Source of the DNA: an uncultured Bdellovibrionales bacterium
GTDB lineage: Bacteria > Patescibacteriota > Minisyncoccia > Moranbacterales > UBA1568
Assembly (NCBI GenBank): GCA_964543815.1
Contig: CAZIZG010000001.1
Span: 116,265-180,264, forward strand
Length of the DNA stretch: 64,000 nt
Reading direction: 5' to 3'
The position numbers were made by a program, and so were the translations under genes. Shown here one piece after another: positions 29,229 to 38,978 of the stretch. The first letter of the stretch is position 1. Each line of letters opens with the position of its first letter. The notes beneath the pieces were generated by a model. The model was not told where the DNA came from, did not search any database, and saw only the letters and a list, made by a program, of their open reading frames with translations.

Positions 29229-31484
29229 TCACTCTGGCGACAACCGAACTCCCGTCTCATTTGGAGCTGTTTCGGAAGATTTGGCTGTATCAATAAGCGC
29301 CCGGATACCGTTTGTATCCACCACCGGACGACGGCGTAATGCTTTAAATTTTTTTGGTTCTATATGTTTGGCCTGAGCCAAAGAAAGTGGGGCGTCTGTC
29401 GAGGCATATGCTTGATGGCGAACATCTCTTCGTTCGGATACACGAGACGGTCGGGCCGTCCTGCTTTGTTCATCTGGACGAGCCACTGGGGAAACTGTTT
29501 GCTTTCGCTCTATTTCATTGCGAGCCTTAGCAGTCGCCCGTTGATAATCCCGCAGACAGTCTTTACAGAAAGTTGGTCGACTTCCATCAGGTTTGAACGG
29601 CACTTCAATTTCCAGTCCACAGGTAGCACATACGGCCTGATAGAGTATTTTCTCTGGTACTAATGCTTCAGCATGGACCGCCTCCGTCTGCGCCTCCGCG
29701 TCAGACAAAACGGGTTCATGCTGTGATACTTCAAGAGCTTGATTCTTTTTTTCACCCTGCTCAAAGGCATCCAAATCTACCAACGACGCCTTCTTTGGTG
29801 CCAGCGGTGGTTCAAAAGCCGGCTTGGCAGCTGATGACACCACGCCTTTAAGCAAAATAGCCGCCTCATCCGCTGTGTAGATCTCAGGATTGGAGCCAGA
29901 GGGATCGGGGGTTACCGTATCTTTTGGTGCGGGAGTTGGTAAAGTGATTTTCGGAATCGCCGCATACTTCTGGGCCGAGGGCATCATTTTCTTTGGTGGC
30001 TGTGATGGTTGTGCTGAAACAACTGGAGCCGAGAGTGGCTTCTGAGCTGCTCTCCCCTCGCCAAACTGAGCGGTTGGTTGCGGCATCTTCGGTCGGGGTT
30101 GAGACTGGGATGGCACCCCCAAAGGACGCGACGTTTCTTTGGGTCGCACGGAGGCAACTGGTGGTGCGACTGTTTTCACCAAAGCTTGGCGCTCTTCGGC
30201 TGAGAGCATACCACTCCATCGCATAATTTTTTCTTCCACTTCTTCTTTTTTCGATGTATAGCGCTCCCGGGAAGAATTGATAATTTTTTCTTCATTTCCA
30301 GCATCTTCCAACTTGATAGGTGGCAAAGTTGTAGCTGAAAAGGCATCACCAGCAATACCATCAATCATGAGCTTGAGATAAATCTGGTACTTCGGCAAAT
30401 TGACGATATCATTCATCATGAATACCGGCTCAAACTCCTTTTCCAAAAACTCGGCGTCCATAGCCCCTACCCGGAACGAAACGATGCTACCAGCGTTTCC
30501 AAAAATAGCGTCACGCACCTTTTCATCAATCTGGGTCACGTACTGATTGGCCAGGATGAGGTTCAGGTGGTACTTACGCGCCTCAGAAAGAATATTAGCA
30601 AACGACTCCGTAGCAAAATTCTGAAACTCATCAACGTAAAGATAAAAATCCGCTCGAGTATCTTCTGGAATGTCTACTCGACCCATGGCAGCAAGTTGGA
30701 TTTTGGTAATCATCATAGCCCCAAGGAGAGCGCTATTGTCCTCACCGAGACGACCCTTGGAAAGGTTCATGATGAGGATCTTACGCTCATCCATAATCTT
30801 GCGCACATCAAAGGACGAGACGGTCTGACCCACAATATTTCTGATGAGAGCACTCGAAAGGAACTGCCCTACCTTGTTCTGAATCGGAGAAATAACCTCT
30901 TGAAGCACCCGAGGATCCCACTTGGAAAATTCGTCCACCCAAAAGGAACGAACCACTGGATCAGTGATTTTTTCTACTACCCGCTCCCGATAAGATTTAT
31001 CAACCAGGATACGAGTGACACCGAGAAGTGTGCTTCCCGGATATTCAAGCAGACCCAAAATAGCATTACGCAAAATATACTCCAGTCGCGGTCCCCAGGA
31101 ATCAGCCCAGATTTTTTTGAACACTCCCACCAAACCAGAGGCCACCAAGTGACGGTACTCCGGACTGACTTTTTCCATCACATTGAAAGCAATCGGGAAG
31201 TCTTGGTCAGCCGGATTAAAATAGATAACGTCATTAATACGATTTGACGGGATGGCCTTGATGAGTTTTTCAGCCGTATCACCGTGCGGATCAATAAAGG
31301 CGATACCATGACCCTTTTGGATATCCTGAATAGCCAGGTTTTCCAAAAGATTGGTCTTACCCATACCGGTTTTTCCAATCACATACATGTGTCGGCGACG
31401 ATCATCTTGCTTGATACCAAACACACGTTCCTGATTACGGAAGTTCGTCTTGGCAAAAAATGTGACGTCATTCTGTAAAGCCAT
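29229..31484 (-). CDS. VirD4/TraG-like (T4CP/HerA-FtsK clade) ATPase with C-terminal CxxC-x17-CxxC domain
   Basis: RRRHMYVIGKTGMGKT, FIDPHGD, LYVDEFQNF, SEARKY, LANQY; Pro-rich linker; CATC-x17-CKDC. Confidence 0.9.
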   Translation of the reverse strand: MALQNDVTFFAKTNFRNQERVFGIKQDDRRRHMYVIGKTGMGKTNLLENLAIQDIQKGHGIAFIDPHGDTAEKLIKAIPSNRINDVIYFNPADQDFPIAFNVMEKVSPEYRHLVASGLVGVFKKIWADSWGPRLEYILRNAILGLLEYPGSTLLGVTRILVDKSYRERVVEKITDPVVRSFWVDEFSKWDPRVLQEVISPIQNKVGQFLSSALIRNIVGQTVSSFDVRKIMDERKILIMNLSKGRLGEDNSALLGAMMITKIQLAAMGRVDIPEDTRADFYLYVDEFQNFATESFANILSEARKYHLNLILANQYVTQIDEKVRDAIFGNAGSIVSFRVGAMDAEFLEKEFEPVFMMNDIVNLPKYQIYLKLMIDGIAGDAFSATTLPPIKLEDAGNEEKIINSSRERYTSKKEEVEEKIMRWSGMLSAEERQALVKTVAPPVASVRPKETSRPLGVPSQSQPRPKMPQPTAQFGEGRAAQKPLSAPVVSAQPSQPPKKMMPSAQKYAAIPKITLPTPAPKDTVTPDPSGSNPEIYTADEAAILLKGVVSSAAKPAFEPPLAPKKASLVDLDAFEQGEKKNQALEVSQHEPVLSDAEAQTEAVHAEALVPEKILYQAVCATCGLEIEVPFKPDGSRPTFCKDCLRDYQRATAKARNEIERKQTVSPVARPDEQSRTARPSRVSERRDVRHQAYASTDAPLSLAQAKHIEPKKFKALRRRPVVDTNGIRALIDTAKSSETAPNETGVRLSPE

Positions 31485-31486
31485 AG

Positions 31487-32791
31487 TTATTCGAAATCTT
31501 GGATAGGGAGATTAGAGGGGGCACCACCACGCTTGGCCGAAACCCGAGTGAGCGACGGAGCCAATACCGCCATATCCGGAATATGGAATACTGTCGCTAA
31601 CTCTTCCGAACTAAAAAGAAATCGAGTACTCTGCGGATCAGTATCACGCGTAATATAACGACGAAACAGCCGTCGCTGTCGATAACGCAACCGCTCCTCG
31701 GTAAAAATATAGGAGGCGTATGTTTTGGACCCGTCCTCCGGTACCATGCTGTTCAAATTCTGATCATTAAATTGCTTGATACCACCAATAAAAGATGAGA
31801 CGCCAGTCTGCTTACTGAATCCTTCGCGACGACCAACGTAGACCATGCGCATACGTGTTTTATACATCTGTTTAGCCAAATTGGCCTGAAGTGCCTTGAG
31901 CACATCTTTCTCACCAGGCGAAAGACGAAATTCGAGCGGCTGCTCTTCCTTTTTTTCCGGTTTAGCACCAGCCGTATAGACCATCGGACCCCCGATGAGT
32001 CCCCGGCCAATATTAGAAACAAAATCCATAATATGCGCAAAGAACATCCCAAGAAATCCAGATTTCGCCTCCTTAACCCGACCCAAAAACTCATCAACTG
32101 TCTCCTTTCCCGTTGAATACCATTTCTCACTAATGGGAGTAATAATGTACTGAAGCCACAGGTGTTGCCCAGGACCGAGCTTGCCCATAGTTTCAATCAG
32201 GCCGGCAAGTGGATCAATCATTTTGCCAGTTACGGTCTCCTCGAAATTCCTGTATGTTTTAATCGGATAAAGGTCCGGTTTAAACAATTTGAAATCAACT
32301 CCCCATAAATCCCATTCTTTGTTAGGCACGGTCTTCGGTACGAGGTGTACATAATCCTCCACCTCAACTATTTCCACATTGGGATACTGCGCGTAGAAAT
32401 GAGCTTCAACCAGATTACGAAATCCTACCTGGGTACGAATGTACATATGAACCTGCCCCTCGATACTTACCAATTCCAAAGAAAAGGAGGTGGGAAATTC
32501 CCCTTTGATAAATTCTTCAGCAGCCGTCGGAGATTTGATAACTCCAGCAAATGCCGTGAAAATAGATTCCATAGGAAGCGGACTCGCTTCAATGTCACGT
32601 GGTGGAATAATTTCCAAAAGTACCCATTTCAGTCCGCCCGCAAAATGCCCACCGGCATGAAACATCCACAACAGTTTGAAAACAAAATAGAGCAGTGGTG
32701 GGAACAAAATAAACCACACGCTCATAACAGCAGAAAAAACACCTCCCATGACGGAGAAGAGTTCTTGAAAGTTTGGTAAAAGAGTGCCCAT
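31487..32791 (-). CDS. Conserved CPR membrane protein partnering the VirD4-like ATPase
   Basis: N-terminal TM, LLEIIPP, FSLELVS, YPIKTY, DPL, EELATVFHIP; 2 nt from ATPase start. Confidence 0.8.
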   Translation of the reverse strand: MGTLLPNFQELFSVMGGVFSAVMSVWFILFPPLLYFVFKLLWMFHAGGHFAGGLKWVLLEIIPPRDIEASPLPMESIFTAFAGVIKSPTAAEEFIKGEFPTSFSLELVSIEGQVHMYIRTQVGFRNLVEAHFYAQYPNVEIVEVEDYVHLVPKTVPNKEWDLWGVDFKLFKPDLYPIKTYRNFEETVTGKMIDPLAGLIETMGKLGPGQHLWLQYIITPISEKWYSTGKETVDEFLGRVKEAKSGFLGMFFAHIMDFVSNIGRGLIGGPMVYTAGAKPEKKEEQPLEFRLSPGEKDVLKALQANLAKQMYKTRMRMVYVGRREGFSKQTGVSSFIGGIKQFNDQNLNSMVPEDGSKTYASYIFTEERLRYRQRRLFRRYITRDTDPQSTRFLFSSEELATVFHIPDMAVLAPSLTRVSAKRGGAPSNLPIQDFE

Positions 32792-32932
32792 GGTATATGG
32801 GGTGCGTTGACCCCGTTAGAGTCTTGATGACCCTAAGTACTTTACGTTTCAAAGAAATAAAGCTCACCCTCTCCCGACACTGTATCCGAGCAAACACTAA
32901 CAGGAGCCATCTCTCCCCCTTTAGAGGTCTCT

Positions 32933-33991
32933 CTACTTGACAGTATAAGCGTTCTTGCCAATCCGCGCAAAAAAAGTATTCAGATTGATGATAACGGTTG
33001 ATTTTTTGACCTGACGAATTTCAAGTACCTGAGCCAATACCTCTTCACGAGACAGCGGCTTCTCTGCCGCCCGCAAAATATCCGTGATAACTTCTTTAAC
33101 AGTGCCGCGCTTGTATCCCCAATCCGAAAGAGCATAGATACCACGACCAACCAATACAAAGCGCTTGTCTTTAATAAGTTCATTATGCACCGTTTGAGGA
33201 TGACTCTTCTTCTTTTTCTGTAATCCGTAACTATCAATCAAATCAGCAATTTCACGGAAATGTAGTGGCTTGGCTGCTGTTTTCAAAACCAAATAAGCCT
33301 TCTCACGAGTTCCGCGGGGTTTGATATCACTCCAGCCAGAGAGTCCCCATTTTCCAAAAACATTCTGCTTGATTTCTTTGGATACTGCGAGCAGACTAAA
33401 AAGCTCCTGCTCACTGACCTCACTGTGCACTTTTTTAAATCGGACGTACAGTTCCTCAGCCTCAAGAGCATCCCCTGCTGTTTCAAGCAATGCCTTAGTA
33501 TTAGCAAGAATCTTCTTCAAACGAGTCAAGGAGAAGTCCTTCAAGCGATAGAGTCGTTCCAAATCCTTAGTGGCCTTTTCTTCTTTGACAATAGCCAACG
33601 CCTCCAAAAAGGCCAAGAGTGCACCTCGTTCCTTTTTGCTCTGAAATGAAAGCTTCTCAAGCAAGTCCTCGGACTTCATCACGCCAAAATGTTCAGAGAG
33701 TGTGCGCTCAATTGAATCCACCACCTGACCAATGGACGGGTGAGATTGTTCCTGCGAGAGAAATCCCAGGGCACTGCCGATAACCTGACGGACACGTTCG
33801 CGAGTAATTTGATACGACTTTCCAATTTCCTCTAGCGTCTTTGGCGTTTCGCTTCCAATACCAAAACGAGCTTCCACAATACTCCGTGAGCGTACCGGCA
33901 GGTGTTCCAAGAGAGCCTGCAGCGTGGTCGAAAAAAGTTCTTTTGATTCCTCTGTCGTTGTGGAGAGAGAACGAGCTTTCGCAGAAGCCAT
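32933..33991 (-). CDS. Sigma70 region-4 HTH plus winged-helix (HARE-HTH/delta-like) DNA-binding protein
   Basis: RFGI...TLEEIGKSYQITRERVRQV; PLHFREIA, QTVHNELIKDKRFVLVGRGIYAL. Confidence 0.85.
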   Translation of the reverse strand: MASAKARSLSTTTEESKELFSTTLQALLEHLPVRSRSIVEARFGIGSETPKTLEEIGKSYQITRERVRQVIGSALGFLSQEQSHPSIGQVVDSIERTLSEHFGVMKSEDLLEKLSFQSKKERGALLAFLEALAIVKEEKATKDLERLYRLKDFSLTRLKKILANTKALLETAGDALEAEELYVRFKKVHSEVSEQELFSLLAVSKEIKQNVFGKWGLSGWSDIKPRGTREKAYLVLKTAAKPLHFREIADLIDSYGLQKKKKSHPQTVHNELIKDKRFVLVGRGIYALSDWGYKRGTVKEVITDILRAAEKPLSREEVLAQVLEIRQVKKSTVIINLNTFFARIGKNAYTVK

Positions 33992-34273
33992 AAAACATGT
34001 CACTAACAAATAATACCCTTAAAAAATCAGTTTCCCGGTCCGTATTGGATCGCTTTATATTAGCGCATAATCCCATTTTTTGTCAAGAGATTCTCCCTTT
34101 GGTCAATTTTGGTTAAAATTACCACTCCCTACCGACCCATTCTCACGGGCCTTCTTGCAAAGGAACTTGCTTGACAAAAAAGATTCATATATAATAAGGA
34201 CACGATTAAAAACAAAAAGCAAAGGGGGCACTCTTGCTCAAAATTTCTTGAGACTGAGTGAAACACAAAAACT

Positions 34274-35050
34274 ATGGTGAAGCACATTACTCCTCCGGAG
34301 GAGGACAACAAGGACAAGGACGCAGCGGAGCAGGCTATGAAAATTCAGGCGCTTCGTGACATGGTAAGTAATGCCGAAAAGACTATCCAAGGAGCCAAAG
34401 CTATGCTCCTTCAGCTTGAAGGCAAGAAAAAAACTGGTCGACCACGAAAGATTGAAGGTGATCCCACCAATGGCACCATCATTGAAGGGACTTTTGATGG
34501 CCAGGTTATGATTGGTACCGATGGTAAACAATACCCTGTCCCAGCGAATTACGCCTCCAAGTCAAAACTTGTTGAAGGCGACATGCTCAAACTCACCATT
34601 ACCGACAGCGGGACTTTCCTCTACAAGCAAATCGGCCCGATTGAACGACGGCATGCTCTCGGCGTCGTCACTCAGGATGAAGGAGGGAATTACTATGTTC
34701 TCGCCAATGGTAAACCCCATCGTGTCCTTTTGGCTTCGATTACCTATTTCAAAGCGACTCCGGGTGACGAGGTGGCAGTTGTTCTCCCTCGTGACCTCGA
34801 CAGTAATTGGGCCGCCATTGAAAATATCATTCAGAAAGGCGCCCATAAAGACTGGCAGTCAGAAATGAGTAAAGCCAGCGATGAAAACAGTGCTATCAAC
34901 ACCTGGAAGAAAGACCTCAAAAAAGATGATTTCATGAGCGATTCTGATGACACTCATCACATCGCCTCAGCTAAGGCTGAATCCACTCCTCTCGATGCCT
35001 GGGTGCGCGATATGGAGGAGATTGAAAAAGAAATCAACAGTCAAGCATAA
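34274..35050 (+). CDS. Conserved CPR hypothetical protein
   Basis: IIEGTFDGQ.MIG.DGKQYPVPANYASKSKLVEGD.LKLTI motif; acidic C-terminal tail. Confidence 0.8.
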   Translation: MVKHITPPEEDNKDKDAAEQAMKIQALRDMVSNAEKTIQGAKAMLLQLEGKKKTGRPRKIEGDPTNGTIIEGTFDGQVMIGTDGKQYPVPANYASKSKLVEGDMLKLTITDSGTFLYKQIGPIERRHALGVVTQDEGGNYYVLANGKPHRVLLASITYFKATPGDEVAVVLPRDLDSNWAAIENIIQKGAHKDWQSEMSKASDENSAINTWKKDLKKDDFMSDSDDTHHIASAKAESTPLDAWVRDMEEIEKEINSQA

Positions 35051-35062
35051 CATTTACACGCT

Positions 35063-35665
35063 ATGAAACTGACCGCCCGGGACTTAATTTTTGGCGCCAT
35101 TAATGGTGCTTTTATTGGTATCCTCGCTCCGTATATTTTCAGCAACCTCGGAGCGAAGCTCCCTATTCCTGTCAGTCTCTTTGTGCCACTCTTGGCACTT
35201 GCTTCTGCTATGGGTATCGGTTTTGGTTACGTTCTCTCCAAAGTACGTCCATTCTTCTTTCAACTTTCCAAATTTGGTCTCATTGGCGTGGCCAATACCG
35301 TTGTTGATCTCGGTATCTACAACCTTTTCATCTACATGAGTGACGTCTCAAGTGGTTACATGATTGTCGTCTTCAAGTCGTTCTCTGTACTCGCAGCCAT
35401 CATCAATAGCTACGTCTGGAACAAATTTTGGTCCTTTGAGAAAAAAGAAACTCATAGTCTCGGCGAGGAATTTGCTCAGTTTCTCATGGTCAGCCTCGTT
35501 GGCCTCCTCCTCAATGTTGGTATCACCGCATTTGTCGTCAATGTCATTGGCGCTCCAACAGGAATGGCCGAAAAGACCTGGGCCAACATCGGCGGCCTCA
35601 CCGCCTCTATCCTGGTGCTCACTTGGAACTTCGTTGGTTATAAATTCCTCGTCTTCAAGCGCTAG
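35063..35665 (+). CDS. GtrA family protein
   Basis: QLSKFGLIGVANTVVD, NSYVWNKFWSF, WNFVGYKFLVF. Confidence 0.9.
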   Translation: MKLTARDLIFGAINGAFIGILAPYIFSNLGAKLPIPVSLFVPLLALASAMGIGFGYVLSKVRPFFFQLSKFGLIGVANTVVDLGIYNLFIYMSDVSSGYMIVVFKSFSVLAAIINSYVWNKFWSFEKKETHSLGEEFAQFLMVSLVGLLLNVGITAFVVNVIGAPTGMAEKTWANIGGLTASILVLTWNFVGYKFLVFKR

Positions 35666-35758
35666 CCTCGAAAAAACTCCCTCACCGGGGAGTTTTTGGT
35701 ATGTGCTATACTGAAAGTACCAAATCAGTTTTGGTGACTGTTTTTGATTATTGATTCT

Positions 35759-37474
35759 ATGCCATCCTCCACCACTTTCTACCGCAAATATCGGCCACAG
35801 AAATTCTCTGACGTTATCGGCCAAAAACACATCGTTACTACTCTCGAAAACGCTCTCAAACTCGGCAAGGTTGGTCAGGCCTACCTCTTTACCGGTCCAC
35901 GTGGTACAGGCAAAACCACTCTCGCTCGACTCTTCGCCAAAGCCATCAACTGCGAGAACCGCAAAGGAGCCGAGGCCTGTGACAAATGCCGTCATTGCCT
36001 CCTCATGCACGAGGGACAGAGTTTCGATATCATTGAAATTGATGCTGCTTCCCATACTGGCGTCGACAATATCCGCGAACTACGGGAGACTGTCAATCTC
36101 CCCCCCAGTCTGGGCTCACATAAGGTCTATATCATCGACGAGGTACACATGCTCTCTATCGGCGCTTTCAATGCGCTCCTTAAGACACTTGAGGAACCAC
36201 CAGCTCACGTCGTTTTTATCCTGGCTACCACAGCCCTTCACAAGGTACCTGACACCATTGTTTCTCGCTGTCAGCGTTTCGACCTTACGCGCTTTCCTGT
36301 AAAGGATATCACTCGAAAGCTTACCTCTATCGCCAAAGAAGAAAAACTCAAAATTACGCCTGAGGCTCTCGCCATGATTGCTTTTTCCGCCGAAGGTGGC
36401 ATGCGTGATGCCGAGTCACTTCTCATGCAGGTTGCTTCCCTCGGACTCTCGCCCATCACCGAAGACATCATCATCGGCGCCCTCGGTACTACCAAGAAAC
36501 AAAACGTAACCACTCTCATTACATTTTTGGCTGATAACGATCTCTACGGGGCGCTTTCCTTTATTCGTGAAGTATCACAGAGTGGTGCTGAGTTATCACT
36601 CTACGCTTCACTCGTTCTTCATTTCTTACGTGATCTCCTTATCGTTAATACCAATGCTGAACGCGGCCTCCTCGTACTTGGCGAATTAACAGAAGAAGAA
36701 CGACGGAGCCTCACAACGCTCGCTCCTCGCTTCACGGCCGGACAAATCGTATTGATGCTCGAGCAATTCCAGATTGCTCAGAGCACAACCAAGAGCGCTG
36801 TCATAACGGAACTCCCCTTAGAGATTGCCGTCGTCAATATCCTGGCGCCCCGAGAGGTCGCGCCCACTCCAAGAGAACCGGGAACACCCACAGTCACCGC
36901 AACCAGCCACGAAAAAAAAGTAGTTCCAAAAATTAACCCCATGAAATCCAGTGATGCTGGTGCAAAGCAATTTCATAGGGCGAACCCTGACCAATCCAAT
37001 GAAGTTGGTCCGCCAGAGGCGGAATTTCACAGGGCAAGCCAAACTGAAATACCAAAAAAAGAATATACAAAAACAGCTACTGAAATAAATACTGATCAAA
37101 CAATCAAAGAAGAAGTAGCTGAGAAAACGGCTCGTTTTGACTTGTCTCACATCAAAGAGCACTGGCTCGCTATCCTCGATACCGCCAAGCGTCTCAACGC
37201 CTCACTCACCCTCGGACTCTCCACTGCCCGCCCCGTGGAAACGACTGGATCCACTATCGTTATCGCGGTCAAATATCCCTTTCACAAAGAGCGCCTCGAA
37301 GAAGCCGCCAATCAATTGACACTCGAAAAGGCCTTTGATACCATCTTAGGGGCCAAAATGAAGCTCGTTATTGTGCTCGATTCAGCCAAAAATGAAGCGG
37401 TAGCCCAGGAAGAAAATCCTCTCATCAGCCAGGCTTTGAGCATGCTCGGCGGCCGAGTGGTGAATGAAGCATAA
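35759..37474 (+). CDS. dnaX: DNA polymerase III subunit gamma/tau
   Basis: YRKYRP, GPRGTGKTT, Zn-binding Cys cluster, EIDAAS, IIDEVHML, NALLKTLEEPP, SRCQ, GGMRDA. Confidence 0.97.
   Translation: MPSSTTFYRKYRPQKFSDVIGQKHIVTTLENALKLGKVGQAYLFTGPRGTGKTTLARLFAKAINCENRKGAEACDKCRHCLLMHEGQSFDIIEIDAASHTGVDNIRELRETVNLPPSLGSHKVYIIDEVHMLSIGAFNALLKTLEEPPAHVVFILATTALHKVPDTIVSRCQRFDLTRFPVKDITRKLTSIAKEEKLKITPEALAMIAFSAEGGMRDAESLLMQVASLGLSPITEDIIIGALGTTKKQNVTTLITFLADNDLYGALSFIREVSQSGAELSLYASLVLHFLRDLLIVNTNAERGLLVLGELTEEERRSLTTLAPRFTAGQIVLMLEQFQIAQSTTKSAVITELPLEIAVVNILAPREVAPTPREPGTPTVTATSHEKKVVPKINPMKSSDAGAKQFHRANPDQSNEVGPPEAEFHRASQTEIPKKEYTKTATEINTDQTIKEEVAEKTARFDLSHIKEHWLAILDTAKRLNASLTLGLSTARPVETTGSTIVIAVKYPFHKERLEEAANQLTLEKAFDTILGAKMKLVIVLDSAKNEAVAQEENPLISQALSMLGGRVVNEA
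36937..37034 (+). repeat. Two tandem imperfect palindromic elements in frame within dnaX linker
   Basis: CCCCATGAAAT...ATTTCATAGGG (36937-36980) and CCCTGA...ATTTCACAGGG (36985-37034); encode QFHRAN and EFHRAS. Confidence 0.6.
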
Positions 37475-37481
37475 CGAACAT

Positions 37482-37553
37482 TGGGGAGTAGCCAAGCGGT
37501 AAGGCAGGGGCCTTTGAAGCCTCCATGCGATGGTTCGATCCCATCCTCCCCAG
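37482..37553 (+). tRNA. tRNA-Gln (TTG)
   Basis: Acceptor TGGGGAG/CTCCCCA, D arm GCCAAGCGGTAAGGC, anticodon loop CTTTGAA, T loop GGTTCGATCC; CCA not encoded. Confidence 0.95.
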
Positions 37554-37559
37554 CAAATT

Positions 37560-38117
37560 ATGTTCACTATTCCGAAACAATACTCTTCCATCACTTTTAT
37601 TCAAGACACTTCTTGGCAGGGGGTTTTTGATACCTGGCGAGATTTAGAAGCCTGGCAAAATTCATGGAAACAACACTGGGAAGAAAGAGGATTTGACTCA
37701 TGGGATGAATGGCGAAAAGCATACATAGAACCGTATCATCCAGAGTCGCTCTCATGGGCATTGTACAAAATTACTGACCCGCTACAAGATGTACCACATT
37801 TTTACGGGACACCCACCAAGGGGTGGATCGAGAAAGTTTACAACGGGGAAACGACTCTACAACTGAAAGATCTTGTTACTCATCCAGTCATTACGAATAA
37901 TGAAAAAATTATAGACATCAAAAAAGACTTTCCTCCTGAGACAATGCTTACGGGTATCATTTTTGAGGATAAAATTGTCTTACTTGAAGGCATGCATCGA
38001 GCAAATGCTATCACTACATGGAATCCCAAAGACGCCTTTACTGGTACAATTACTATAGCTCTTGCTGAGTGGAAGCACCACTTGATAAAAATAGGCGGAA
38101 ACTACAAGTCTAAATAA
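37560..38117 (+). CDS. Hypothetical protein, possible ParB/Sulfiredoxin-like fold
   Basis: Trp-rich N-terminus; IVLLEGMHRA resembles the ParB-N/Srx DG.HR motif. Confidence 0.65.
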   Translation: MFTIPKQYSSITFIQDTSWQGVFDTWRDLEAWQNSWKQHWEERGFDSWDEWRKAYIEPYHPESLSWALYKITDPLQDVPHFYGTPTKGWIEKVYNGETTLQLKDLVTHPVITNNEKIIDIKKDFPPETMLTGIIFEDKIVLLEGMHRANAITTWNPKDAFTGTITIALAEWKHHLIKIGGNYKSK

Positions 38118-38151
38118 GTTCCAACTTCATCCCAAGCCTCAACACTATTTT

Positions 38152-38436
38152 ATGAAAGCAATGAAGGCTAGCGCGGTCATAAATCTACAGGACATCCCAA
38201 ATATTGGCCCGGCAATGATTGAGGATTTTAAAAAACTTGAAATTTACACGCCAGCCGATTTGAAAAAACAAGACGCCTTTGCGCTCTATCAAAAACTCTG
38301 TGCCCTAACTCACACTCGTCATGACCCCTGCGTCCTCGATACATTTATCGCTGCCGTTCAATTTATGAACGGCGCACCAGCTCATCCTTGGTGGCACTAC
38401 ACTGCCGAGCGCAAAAGAAACTACCCGACAATATAG
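38152..38436 (+). CDS. Helix-hairpin-helix protein (Cdd1/mitomycin-resistance family)
   Basis: LQDIPNIGPAM..D, RHDPCVLDTF, PWWHYT. Confidence 0.88.
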   Translation: MKAMKASAVINLQDIPNIGPAMIEDFKKLEIYTPADLKKQDAFALYQKLCALTHTRHDPCVLDTFIAAVQFMNGAPAHPWWHYTAERKRNYPTI

Positions 38437-38485
38437 AAACTCCCCTTTCTTCCTCTAATCTCTTTATCCCATAACTTCAGTATCT

Positions 38486-38971
38486 ATGCTCGTCGAACTT
38501 TCAACCAATCAGATAAAATTTTCCAAAGAACTTCTCGGTGCAGAAACTGCCTGGCTCTGGGTCGGCTCTGGTTATAGTCCGCTTGATAATGACGATAACC
38601 GAGTAAAAGAAACTCGCGAACTCATGGAAAAATACTACCCTTACGTCCCCTATGGAATGTGGGTGGGAAATAAAGCTGGCAATGAAATGAAGCCACTTGA
38701 ACTCAGAGAAGAGGGATATACTCTCGATCTTTCCTGGTGGCCAGTTGGCGTTTACCGTATGAACCTTCACACTGGTGCTGGCATTGAATCACCTTTTGGT
38801 TCAAAACTGCATCCAGAAAAACGTGATCAGGAGTGCTCATGGTCACCACTTGAAACATTTCAGAATGAACTCAAGTCATTCCTTCACAAGGAAGAAAATG
38901 GCGCTGGATATTCCATTCGCTTCCTTATTCGTCCAGATCGTTCTGTGGAACCTTTTGGCGATTACAACTAA
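38486..38971 (+). CDS. Hypothetical protein
   Basis: 161 aa ORF co-oriented in the post-tRNA array; no recognised motif. Confidence 0.7.
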   Translation: MLVELSTNQIKFSKELLGAETAWLWVGSGYSPLDNDDNRVKETRELMEKYYPYVPYGMWVGNKAGNEMKPLELREEGYTLDLSWWPVGVYRMNLHTGAGIESPFGSKLHPEKRDQECSWSPLETFQNELKSFLHKEENGAGYSIRFLIRPDRSVEPFGDYN

Positions 38972-38978
38972 ACTTTCG

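Noticed and set aside
29229-31484. Conjugative element / ICE
   Set aside because: No relaxase, VirB genes, integrase or att sites; embedded among housekeeping genes
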